Shown here: one piece after another, positions 48,997 to 59,754 of the stretch | How the letters are laid out: each line of letters begins with the position of its first letter | How positions within the stretch are numbered: position 1 is the first letter of the stretch | Assembly: GCA_965649825.1 (NCBI GenBank) | Contig: OZ287697.1 | Coordinates: 769,635 to 833,634, forward strand | DNA length: 64,000 nucleotides | Reading direction: 5' to 3' | DNA from: Penicillus capitatus | Lineage: Eukaryota > Plantae > Chlorophyta | Made by a program: the position numbers and the translations under genes | The notes under the pieces: generated by a model | What the model saw: the letters and a program-made list of their open reading frames with translations, nothing else | What the model was told of the DNA's origin: nothing | Database searches by the model: none

Positions 48997-50314
48997 ATGA
49001 AGGCAGCTGCTCGACTAAGTGTCATTGGTCGTCACGTCTCTGCCTCTACCACGGATAACAAAGACATTTCCAGCTACGCCAAGATCCACGGAGAGGTGTC
49101 GCGGGACCCGGCCACATGGATGAGAATTACAGAGATCGGCGGAGCGGCACTGGAGGAGGTCATCTACGAGAAAACCGAAGAAGGCGTCGCCAAAGTGCCA
49201 CACGTCGTCTCTTGTATCCGTACACCAAGAGGGAGTGATGCCAGATCACGATCAATCGACCAGAAAAACGCAATGCCTTTACGCCGAAGACAGTAAAGGA
49301 GATGTCCCTTTGCTTCTCCGATGTTCGCGATGACCTGCAGATCGGGGTGGTCATCCTCACAGGTCCATCGGCGCATTCCCTTTGGCAGTCTTTTTGAGAT
49401 TTGTTGAAAGGGGCGGGCACGGAAGCCTTCTGCAGTGGAGGGGATCAGGGAGTTCGTTCGTCCAAAGGGGGATATGTGGGAGAAGACAGCGTACCGCGTC
49501 TGAATGTCCTGGACCTTCAGGTAGTGCACCTAACGTCCAGCTGCTTTCTGGTTTTCTGAGAACGGCGTGCATCTGCAGATGCAGATTCGGAGGCTGCCGA
49601 TGCCAGTGATCGCGATGGTTGCTGGTTACGCCGTTGGAGGTGGACATATTCTGCACATGATGTGTGATTTGACAGTGGGTGCAAAATAGATGGTTGTCAT
49701 CTTGACGGATCTGTTTTGGTGTAGATCTCTGCAGATAATGGGGTATTTGGTCAAACAGGTCCTAAAGTCGGAAGTTTCGACGCTGGATTCGGGTCGACAC
49801 AGATGGTCCGACTCATCGGTAAAGATAAAAGCAGCTCGGCAGAAAGATCCCATTGCGGGAACCTCTGATGGACATAGGTCAGAAGAAGGCGCGTGAGATG
49901 TGGTTCCTCTGTCGTCTTTACAACGCACAGGAAGCACTAGAGATGGGTCTTGTCAACAAGGTCCATCTGCAGACCCCTCTTTCGGTAAATGAATGAGATG
50001 TGGATTGTAAGGTCGTCCCTTTGGCGAAGCTGGAAGAAGAGACAATCGTCTGGTAGGGATCTACAGGGCTGAGAGACATCCAGTCAATGGAAAACGAAAT
50101 GTGTAGGTGCCGCGAGATTGTCCGAAACAGTCCGACGGCCATCCGAATATTAAAGGCGGCCATGAATGCAGCAGAAGACGGTCAGGCCGGAATCCAAGAA
50201 CTCGGAAAGAACGCAACGTTGCTGTTCTATCAATCGCAAGAGGGCGAAGAAGGTCGACAGGCCTATCTCGAGAGAAGGAAGCCCGATTTTCGTCGATTTC
50301 CTCGACTTCCCTGA
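48997..50314 (+). CDS. menB: 1,4-dihydroxy-2-naphthoyl-CoA synthase (MenB/DHNS) with PTS2 peroxisomal signal, multi-exon
   Basis: [12 protein letters not shown]2-type nonapeptide; [14 protein letters not shown]; AFCSGGDQ; LNVLDLQ; [14 protein letters not shown]; [14 protein letters not shown]; GQAGIQEL; [14 protein letters not shown]. Confidence 0.96.
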
Positions 50315-50327
50315 GGTGAGTGATGCA

Positions 50328-50987
50328 TCACCAGCCGTGTGGCAGGTCCGATCTCTTGATGTGGGAAACGTACTGTAACGGAATGGGACCCTCTGAAAGC
50401 ACCACGTCGTTTGCGGCCTCAAAGAATACGATCCCGTCTTTCATCGCGGATCCCAAATCCAGTTTCAGCAGAACGCACGCCCATGTGTTTCGTCTCAGAT
50501 GTCTCGAAGAGGAGGCAAAGTGCACGTGGGTGCGAGCCATTCTCCTCAACTCTCTCGACGCTTCGATTTCTCGCCACCTGTGGCAGACCACAGATCTTGC
50601 TTCTGGTGCGAGTGATGGACTGCCCAGTCGCACCTCTCTTCACTGGTGATGTGGATTAAACATGGGAAGCGTTCTGGGTCCGTAATGGCCTCTAGCAATG
50701 GCTGCTCTATCTGCACGGTGTGTCCCTGTGCTGCTCGGATGCGTGGAGGTTGGCTGTCTTCGTCGAGAACGAACCGTCTCTGTTCGTCCGCGTGACGTCG
50801 GGTGAGGTCTGATCGCCTGAGTTCTCACCTTATCGTTCGTCTCGACAACTCGCTTTATGTCTTCGAAGGTGACGTTATGGCGCAAATGCTGCTGCAGAAG
50901 TGGAATAGATACCCATCCGTTCGGATCCGCCTGCGGAAGAGGCGTGTGACGCAGGAGGTATGACATCTCTTTGCTCAGCCGAATCAT
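50328..50987 (-). CDS. TPT1: tRNA 2'-phosphotransferase Tpt1/KptA, multi-exon
   Basis: RLSKEMSYLLRH, GWVSI, VVETNDK, HGT, MARTHVHFA and AANDVVLSEG. Confidence 0.92.
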
Positions 50988-51858
50988 GGTCACACTCGAA
51001 CGATGAATGCTCGTCAGTGGGGTACTTCAATTGCAAACAGCCACGGTCGTTATTCGTCGACCTTTTGAACGTCGTGTCAGAAAGGATGGCGTATCTGGCA
51101 ATGGTTCGACGACAGGTTACCTTTCCGCGAAGGATGAGAATGTGCGGACGTCTCGCAGTGCATTTCTTGTTTTCATTGCAGACGAAGTTACAAAACTGCG
51201 CGGTAGATAAGAATGCGTGATGCGAGCAATGCCACCATCGTTTTTGAAGATCGCTTCTACCATGTAAAGCCGCGATGATTGATAATGCCTGTGCTGCATA
51301 AGACTTTGAAGCTCACGTGTATTATAAGGATGTGAATCATCGCGACCGTCTGCGTTATCACACGATCCGATTTAAAGATGTCAGTAAATGCACCTCAGCT
51401 TGCTAAGCAATGCGATTGGGTGATAGACATACGAGTACGTGTACTTGACGCCCGACACTTGTACGTCCTTATGGAGTGTGTTACGGGTGGATACATGTTA
51501 GATGATGTGATAGGGAATGACGGGCACGAGGAGAGAATGGAGCGCCGTATCAGATGTACACCACGCAGAATGCGAAGAGATGAACGACATTGCACATACC
51601 ACAACACCGTTGGATGCTGAGACGGCAGTTCAGAAATGGCATGGAGTACGGACTTCTCTCAGACGAAGTTCCATAACGCTCACGTTTTGCAGATCAAAGG
51701 ACTTTAGCTTATTGTTCGGCCTCACTCGCCAATCCATTGATCTTGTTGTCTACTCTGCCATGACAGGGTAATACGAAATTTTGTAGGTATGATCATTAAA
51801 CACGAATGCCACGTTGTATGCGCAGATCTCTTCTTTTCGACCATCTTCAGATTCAGAC

Positions 51859-53091
51859 ATGTCCGTCGAGGCGTGGAGTGGCGACCAAACGACGCACTCG
51901 GTGCGCTTTACGTTAATTTTTGCAACTTGGATGCTTCTCATCGTCGTTGCCGTCTCTGGCTACGTCGTCGGAGAATCTGAAGACCCGTGCACCTCCACGA
52001 GAAGAAGCAGTTCACTGCGACTTTCTCTTAACGAAGAACCCTCGCCGGCGTTATCTGCTCAAGATGCGGCTGCATCTCTTGGCCCCTACAACGGCGTTGG
52101 CTTGCATAAGATGCCAATTCCTGCTGAGAACGGCGGCGGCATCATCCGCCTTCTCGGCGGACAGGCTCTTAGCCGACCGTGCTGCACATCGTGGGGTCCA
52201 GCTCGTGTCGACTGCTTCATTCGTGGACCGCAGTCGAACGTGTTGCACATGTCCATCGACAACGGCGAGTACAGCGAATGGGAAGATCTCGAAGGCACGA
52301 TTGTCGGAGACATTGAGTGCGTGAGTCGTGCAGTCGGTATCATCTCTGTGCTAGTGATCGGTACAAACAATGCTCTCTTTGTCAAAACGTACTCAGAAGG
52401 TCAGTGGAGCGATTGGGTGTCCAAAAGCGGACAGCTGATGGAGGTGCCTTCGTGTGTCGTACGCACTCCCGCCGTAATCAATTGTTTGCTCAGAGATATG
52501 CACAACACTGGATTTATCATTAGCGAAGTCAGCGGTACTTGGGACAATTACTCTAACTTAGGCGGGATCTTGTGGAGTTCCTTCGTCGGCTCTTCAAGAT
52601 CGCACAGTATTCTGGACAATTTCATCGTTGGAACTGACCTGCACCTGTGGAAGCGAAGCTGGAATGCAAAAGGTGGATGGGTCAACTGGGAAGATCTGGG
52701 AGGTTTGATAGTGAGTAGACCGTCTGTCACCACTTGGGCCGAAAACAGGATTGATGTATTCGCACTGGGCGTGAAGAACAACGTCGTCCAGAAGACCTAT
52801 GACGGCGGTTCGTGGAAAGACGAGGTCGATCTAGGTGGCGTCTTTGATTCTGCTCCCGAATGTGTTACCACGGGCGTCGGCAGAATTCACTGTTTTGCCA
52901 TCGGTGCCAACTCCTATCTCTACAGGAACGAGTACTACGGGCAGAAATGGAGAGGCTGGACCAGCACGAATATTCCATTCGTCGAAACGCCGTCCTGTGT
53001 CGTTTCCAGAAGGCATGAGGTGTCCTGTTACCTCAGAGCCTTCGACCATCAAGTGTTCGAGGTCGTCTTCCACAACGAATGCTTCGACTGA
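51859..53091 (+). CDS. Secreted/anchored seven-repeat beta-propeller protein, PLL-type lectin-like (copy A), intronless
   Basis: N-terminal hydrophobic helix FTLIFATWMLLIVVAVSG. Seven ~45-aa repeats, e.g. WVNWEDLGGLIVSRPSVTTWAENRIDVFALG and DLGGVFDSAPEC. Confidence 0.8.
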   Translation: MSVEAWSGDQTTHSVRFTLIFATWMLLIVVAVSGYVVGESEDPCTSTRRSSSLRLSLNEEPSPALSAQDAAASLGPYNGVGLHKMPIPAENGGGIIRLLGGQALSRPCCTSWGPARVDCFIRGPQSNVLHMSIDNGEYSEWEDLEGTIVGDIECVSRAVGIISVLVIGTNNALFVKTYSEGQWSDWVSKSGQLMEVPSCVVRTPAVINCLLRDMHNTGFIISEVSGTWDNYSNLGGILWSSFVGSSRSHSILDNFIVGTDLHLWKRSWNAKGGWVNWEDLGGLIVSRPSVTTWAENRIDVFALGVKNNVVQKTYDGGSWKDEVDLGGVFDSAPECVTTGVGRIHCFAIGANSYLYRNEYYGQKWRGWTSTNIPFVETPSCVVSRRHEVSCYLRAFDHQVFEVVFHNECFD

Positions 53092-53564
53092 TGTTTGAAT
53101 ACATGCACGACCTTCTGTTTGTTTGCCGTCAGTTGTATTTCGTATGTGCACGGAATGTGGGAACGTCTCAATTGTTCAAACGTGCGTAACCCTTATCGAA
53201 CAGCGAAGATGAAAGGTTTTAGCCATTGAACAAGGAGTCTTGTTCTTCCTCCTGAAAAGCGATCGAGAGCGCGGTATGTGACGACGATGTTGATGTGACG
53301 CGCAGCCAAATGCTCATTCTTGTGACGCGATGTGACTTCCTATCTGACGGCAACAGCCGAGTAGCCTCCCGTCGTAAAAGAGAGTGACGCATTGCCAAAC
53401 CCTGTCGACACTGTTCATCAGAAGTGATGCACGTCGAGGCGATAACACAGTGGGAGTGGAATGCTGCGCACTCGAGGATGAATCCGAACCAACCCGCTGA
53501 TCTTTAACAAGAAGTCGCCGTGTTCCTGTCAAACTCTGGATTCGAGTTGCCAAAGAGATGAAGT

Positions 53565-54004
53565 GGATAAATTCCACGACATTCCATCAGTAGTAGTAAG
53601 ATAACAAAAAATCACGTTGTCTGTAAGAATGATGCGAGATAGTTTATCGATGAAGCGCGTGTCGAGCGCAAATCGACTCCATACGCTCCATCCCCATCCG
53701 TTTAGACTATATCCGTAGAGGAACAAATCTCCACTGATGGAAAAGCAGTAGTTGACAGTGGATGGTCGTGGGGATAGACATTTGTGACCGGATTCGAATT
53801 TGCCTACCTAACCGAACCACGCACTCCACTCTCCATTGACTGTTTTGTCTACAATCTTGCTGCGCATGTCCAAAGCGAGGAGGTTAAGTCGGTTGCCAGG
53901 CTATGTATGACGTGACACTCTGTGTTTCCTTTGTCCACAGTACGGGATCGAACCGAGGTTCCCAAGAGAGTTTGGGAACTACCGTCGAAGTTCGTCTTCG
54001 AAGT
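53565..54004 (-). pseudogene. 5'-truncated, decayed copy of the beta-propeller lectin-like gene, most similar to copy C (59755-60957)
   Basis: Aligns by eye to the last three repeats of copy C (LALDMR..NGEWSAWF; LFLYGYSLNGWGWSVWSRFALDTRFIDK versus MFLYGNTLDGWEWSGWNRFSIDTRFFDK). In-frame TAG at 53808-53810 (WFG*VGKFES versus WFNLGGKFES) plus frameshifts. Confidence 0.88.
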
Positions 54005-55119
54005 CTACTGAGCGTCGCCTCACACGTGACGAACGATAAATATTCGTGAGCGCAGGCGTCGTTCATCTGATTCCCGAGAATCTCCAAACTAGTAACGAGG
54101 GTGATCTGGCTGTGCTGTAAACAACCGAGAAACACACATAGTTCAGACGCGGTTTTGAGGTCCGTGAGCATTCGTCGAGGTGGACGCGAGGTTAAAGGCG
54201 ATACGTTCTTGGTATTTGAAGAGATTGGCCCAGTTCTCGAATGAACTGCCACAATTTCTTGCACCAGACTATCTCCCGTTTTTGTCTTGCTGTCGAACTT
54301 AGCTCGTTTCGAGTCAACGTCTTTATTACTAGGACTCTATTAACCACGAGCTGTACTGGAGACGTTCGTAAGGTAGGAAAAATCTGATGACAAAGTCAGA
54401 GAGCATTAGAACGAGCTACCAGATGGAGTAGAACGCTGCCAAATCTTCCACCGAATACTGCTACACTTTACATTAATATGTAGGTTTACATGGATTCGTG
54501 CCTCTGACACTAACACGAAACCGATTGTCCAAAACTGCAAGTGATATGTTTACTGAGACGACTTTGTGCATAGTTCGATTTGCTTAAAGTATAGTACATA
54601 GTGTCGGAGTGACGAGCAGCGACGAAGCGGTTTCGTTTGGCACCGAAACGGAAGGACGCGGCAGATGCTGCATGCGTTTTCAGGCGACGATTTGAATGGG
54701 CACGAGGAAGTTGAAATCAAACTTCTCGGCACGTTCCCTCCACCATCTCTGAGTGCCTGTCTTCCGGTTGCCGCGGGAAGACCGCCTCCGAGGAGCTGCC
54801 ACGAAAAACGCGTGACGTCGAGGAGATTCCATACCAAAAGAGACTGCTGACATTTGTTTACCGGGAAATCATGCAAACCACCCAAAAACACCGAATCCAT
54901 CTCACACAACTTGCAGCAAAAAAGGTGCTGTTCACAATCATACTGCCAAACAGACCAATGCAGGCAATGTGGGGAAAATGGTGTTCGTGTGCATTGCATC
55001 CGGTTTATAGAAGGCATCCAACTGCGATGAAGGACACAAAAAACGATTCTCAAACCCATTCCATTCCCCATACACACAACAGGTTCAGTTCTGAAGAACA
55101 GAAATCGAAAGGCAAAGAT

Positions 55120-56343
55120 TTATTCGATAGGAAGATCGTAGGTAATCTGAATGACTTCTTGGCCGACGGATCTTCCAGTGCAAACGATATAATCATCATC
55201 GTCATAGATTCCCTTCTCTTTCAACAAGACACAGGATGGCGTTTCGAGGAATTGAAAGAAGGCCAAACGGCTCCATCCCGACCATCCGTCAAGGTTGAGA
55301 GAGTTGAAATACAGATAGGATTCCTCTCCTACTGCGAAGCAGTAAATGAGGCCATCTCCATACGCCACACACTCAGGCACGGAATCGAAGACGCCTCCCA
55401 GATCTTCCCAGGGTTGTTGTTCGACCTTATCCACCAAGGTAATATGCACAATGCCTTTCGTCATGACTGCCTTGGCAAACACATCTGTTCTGGGCGAATC
55501 CTTCCAGGATGTCACAGAGGGTCGTTCATGTCCTTGGACAACGAAAATCTCCCGAGGGGACCATATACCCGATGTCCACCATTTCGCATAGAGGCGCATG
55601 CCTTCTCGACTTCCAAAGCAATCGAAATCTTCGGATGATTTTGATGTGCATGCCAAAGGGCTCGAAACCCATTCTTGGAAAGAGTCACGGGTCTTCCAAT
55701 CACCATTCTCCTGTTCCAGGTGTTGCAGCAAAGCGTTGTTCATCAGTCTGCCCATGCAGTCGATGATCGTCGGTGTTCGTGCGACACACGAAGGGACTTC
55801 CATGTAGGGTCCACCCACAATTTTCCATTCGCTCCACGTGTCATCCATGTAGGTCTTGTCCATGAGCATACCAGTTTCGTCGCGGGCCAAGACGTCGATG
55901 ATGCCATCGTCGCGACTCACACATTCAATGTCTCCAAGTATCGTCCCTTCCAGCGTCTCCCAGTCATCGTCGTCTCCGTCGTCATCATCATCGACGACGT
56001 CAACGTCGATGTTGATCCACTGCAACCGCGCCGTCGTTCCTTGAACGAAGCAGTCGAGGCGTAGCGGTCCAGATGAAACGCAACAGGGACGAGTTTGCGC
56101 CTCTCCGGCTCGGTTTTTATACCTCCGTATGGATAAATTCGGAGAACTGGAATTGGAAGCGGCTAATATCTCTTCGAGTGCCACTGCCTTCAAGTCGCGA
56201 TTCTTAAAGGATGCTTCTTGAGCGTTCTCTGCTGAAAACGTATACGCCGGTCTCTTTGCCGCAGAGACGTAGATGAGAGTCGGCAGAACTACCGTCAACA
56301 AAGTAATGACGGCGGCGAACAAAACCATACGGCAACAAAACAT
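55120..56343 (-). CDS. Secreted/anchored seven-repeat beta-propeller protein, PLL-type lectin-like (copy B), intronless
   Basis: Hydrophobic N-terminus VLFAAVITLLTVVLPTLIYVSA; RPCCVSSGPLRLDCFVQG; RPSVTSWKDSPRTDVFA; WEDLGGVFDSVPEC; ETPSC. Confidence 0.8.
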   Translation of the reverse strand: MFCCRMVLFAAVITLLTVVLPTLIYVSAAKRPAYTFSAENAQEASFKNRDLKAVALEEILAASNSSSPNLSIRRYKNRAGEAQTRPCCVSSGPLRLDCFVQGTTARLQWINIDVDVVDDDDDGDDDDWETLEGTILGDIECVSRDDGIIDVLARDETGMLMDKTYMDDTWSEWKIVGGPYMEVPSCVARTPTIIDCMGRLMNNALLQHLEQENGDWKTRDSFQEWVSSPLACTSKSSEDFDCFGSREGMRLYAKWWTSGIWSPREIFVVQGHERPSVTSWKDSPRTDVFAKAVMTKGIVHITLVDKVEQQPWEDLGGVFDSVPECVAYGDGLIYCFAVGEESYLYFNSLNLDGWSGWSRLAFFQFLETPSCVLLKEKGIYDDDDYIVCTGRSVGQEVIQITYDLPIE

Positions 56344-59300
56344 GACACTCTTAGAAGCGAGAAATCGACGATCTCTTATGGCAAAGTCTGAAAGAGAGGA
56401 TGAAGAAATAATGAAAACGAACTCGACGAAGGACTACTTGCATGCTGTCTGGCTGTCTGAGAATAGTTCTCTGGTCGATCGTGCCCCGAACATTGTGTAC
56501 GACGAACGCCTTCGACTGATCTTCTTGAGCGATCGCAGGTTCTTCCGTGAAGGAATCTTCGCATCCAACATTCTGCGCGAACGCACGCACGCACACATCC
56601 CGCTGCTGCCACGGGCGAAGCGTTCGCGTGTTGCTGTCGTCCATCTCCAAAAATACCTGTCACGTTTCAGGTGTCTAAGGCCGCTGCGGCGACGAAAAGT
56701 ACGGGTGAACAGGAAGGATGGTTTCGTTGGCGGTCATCTATTAGCGACGAAACCTTCAAGCTCTCTGACCGCACTCTCGCTCTTGCTGTCCGCAGCCCCT
56801 TAGCATAACATAGTTTAGGGTCCGGTGCAGTCGGCAAAACGACTTCATTCCATGCTTCCTTCGCTTTATGAAGTAGAAACCGTAATTCTTTCTATGGCGC
56901 GGCGTATGAAGCGCGATTCCTGCCACAGCACGACGAATAGGTGGCTGCGAAAAGCGAACGATGATTCACTCTTTGTGCGTGCCGTTCGCTGACGGTGACG
57001 GCGAAATGTGCCACAAACTGCTAGCTCGCATGAGCTCTCGAGGACCACCGGCTAGTAAATCCGTTTCCCGAAAGAGAAATCGTGTGCTCTCTTCGTTGTC
57101 TGCATTCTAATGCGGCGATGGCCTTATTGGAAGGAGAAAGCAAAAAAGACAGTTGCTCTTCATTTGCATATCCTACAACCTTCTACGGTCACACATTTCG
57201 AACAACATCGAAGGCGTATCCCTGTCGTCTCACTCTTTCTCACTAACCGCACAGAACACCTCTGAGGGGCGAGGCATTCGTTCGTGCTCCTCTTTCCGCG
57301 CGAACGAACACAGCTCTCTTTCAAAGTCGATGACCCTATCGAATCCCGACCGGCACTTGAGTGTTAACATTCTCTTGTCGACGCATACCTACGATATGCA
57401 TGAACCATGTCTTGCACATTAACGAGGTTACCTGATCGGCATCTTCTCTAGAGACACGGAGGAGGGTGGGGTGGTGCGTAACGTGCAAATGCGCGAAGCA
57501 GCCAAGATCGCACAACTGCTCTGGCTACGTCGCCGATTCGAGGAACGGCTCTTCCGTCTTTCGAAGAGCAAAGCAATGGATGAAAACAACGATGCGTCGT
57601 CACGGACATATGACCTCGCGACTGCTGCCCTTGATGGTGCCGGTTCTGACACGTCTCCGAAGTGTCCGTCTCCTCTCTCTCGATGGATCTAAACGTACTG
57701 CGCTCAACAATCTGCTAAACTCGAAACGAAATCGATGCGGCCTAGTCTCGATAAGATGCTGCATAAACGACTGTCAAGTCCGCCACCTGAGAAGACTGCC
57801 TGCAGCTTCTTCAGCGAGTGAACGGTATGCCATATTTCACCGATTCGCCTTCCGTCATCGTGCGAACGAAAGCCTGAATACCATTGCACATCCACAGAGA
57901 GACCGATACAAACCTTCGTCCAAGAGTGCTGCTGACGTCGTTCAGTCTTTTCCTGTTCCGAACCTCGCCAAAGAAAACAAATTTCCTTGTCGACGTGAAC
58001 TGCCGCATCGTCGATGGCAAGCTGCTCTCGAGTGGATCGAAATCTCGACAAGGACCGAACGCGTCACTCTCTTCTGCTCGTGTCGCGCAGATGCGGCAGA
58101 GAAACGAAAACAAACATGAGAGACAATCGAATGCGTTCGAGCAAGTCCATAGCCTCGTGGGTGGGACCTTCTTTTGAAGAGCTCGTGCTTCACGCCTGGC
58201 ACTGGTGAGGCAATTCGTTCTGCTGCCCGATCTTTCAACATCCGCGACTCTCGAAGGTCTGTTTCACTCCGAAGATGCGAACGGCAGAATCGACGTCTGC
58301 AAGTTCGGACTTCGGTCTGCACGATGACGTGCTTCTTTGTGGATACCCGACGCAGTGAAGGAGCTTTAGAAGACGGCCCTCCATGGCCCTGCGACGCGTT
58401 GTCTCTGTTGCGAGCATCAGACAAACACGCGTATTCATACGACCTCGTGTCAGGAAGACGATCTGTTGGACTTCGTGTGCTGCGCCTGCTGGTTAGAATT
58501 ATCTCTTTGCTCATACACCTGTCCATCTCTTCTAACAGAGTCCATTTCCCTAATGATTGTGTTGTTTTGGTTTTGGCAGGCAAATGAGTGACCGCCTCTC
58601 TCCCTACCGGAGAGAACAGAGATTCGTATGCCGAAGCCAGAGACATCGACCAGTCAAAGAACACTCAGTGACATGAGTGATTCCGCAACATCATAGACGT
58701 GGATGCGATCGCTCCCTGTTCTGTGGCCACTGGTGCCTGTATCCACTGCTGCCTTCGACTGTGAAGGTGTCGGAAGTTGAGAAGGGTTTGAAAGAAACAC
58801 TCACTCTTGATAGTGTGCACGTCTACATGGATCCTGCTAAGAGGCTGGCGCTGCGCGAAACGAATTCAACGGAGCGCATCACGCCTAGAGAGCGTTCTGG
58901 ATGAAAGGGATCCTCAGAAGATTTGACTGCGACCTCGAAGACAACACGAAACAAGCGAAAGGGTCCGTGCTAGAGAACTACAGGTCATACAGTGAACAAC
59001 GTCATCGAAAGTTAGAACATGTCATCCCATGCACTGTATCGGAATCTGTTTGCACGTGGCCTCGTTGGAAGGAGACGAGAAGCGCAGAACGGAGTAGAGG
59101 ATCTCGACTGACAAAAATCACTGTTTCAACGGAAGTGCAGTGCCAAATCACCATCCAGCCATTCATCAAGAACAACACTCACTGACTGGACGGAGAACCA
59201 GTCAGAACGTTGTACGATGGACGACAGCAAACGAATGATCGCGGAATGTTGCATTCACATCCAGCATCTCCAAGACGGGAGGCTCTCGGTCCATCACCTA

Positions 59301-59754
59301 CCATGGAAGGATGGAACGGCTGCTGGTACCTGATCGGTTCCACAGATGTCGAAAGAGTCCATAGCGATACGTCGGCACACCACGCCTTGTGACCTCTGCC
59401 TTTCTGAGCGAACAATGTCGTGCGTGGACATTCATCTGTCCATTCAATGACATGACGCTGGATGGTACTCTGGGAGTGCAGAGTCTGCTGGACTGTCCAC
59501 CTCTGCCGCATAAGAGACCCAATGTCCTAAACATGGCTTTGTCCTGTGCCTAGGACGCGGAGAAAAGGAGAGTCCGCGGAGGGAAGCTGCATGGAAGCAG
59601 AGGCATCAGCGCGCGGCTGCGAAGAATCATTATTAAAGACAGACGATCAATTGGGTCTGCAATTCATTAGCAGCCAGCCTAGGTCTGTTTGTTTTCGGTG
59701 CGGCGTCGTTCTCATTGCCGCTCCGTCGTTCGCTTTTCTCGTTGCGCCTGCACC

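Noticed and set aside
56578-56600. ACGCACGCACGCACAC short tetranucleotide run
   Set aside because: Only about 4 units, too short to be a meaningful microsatellite.
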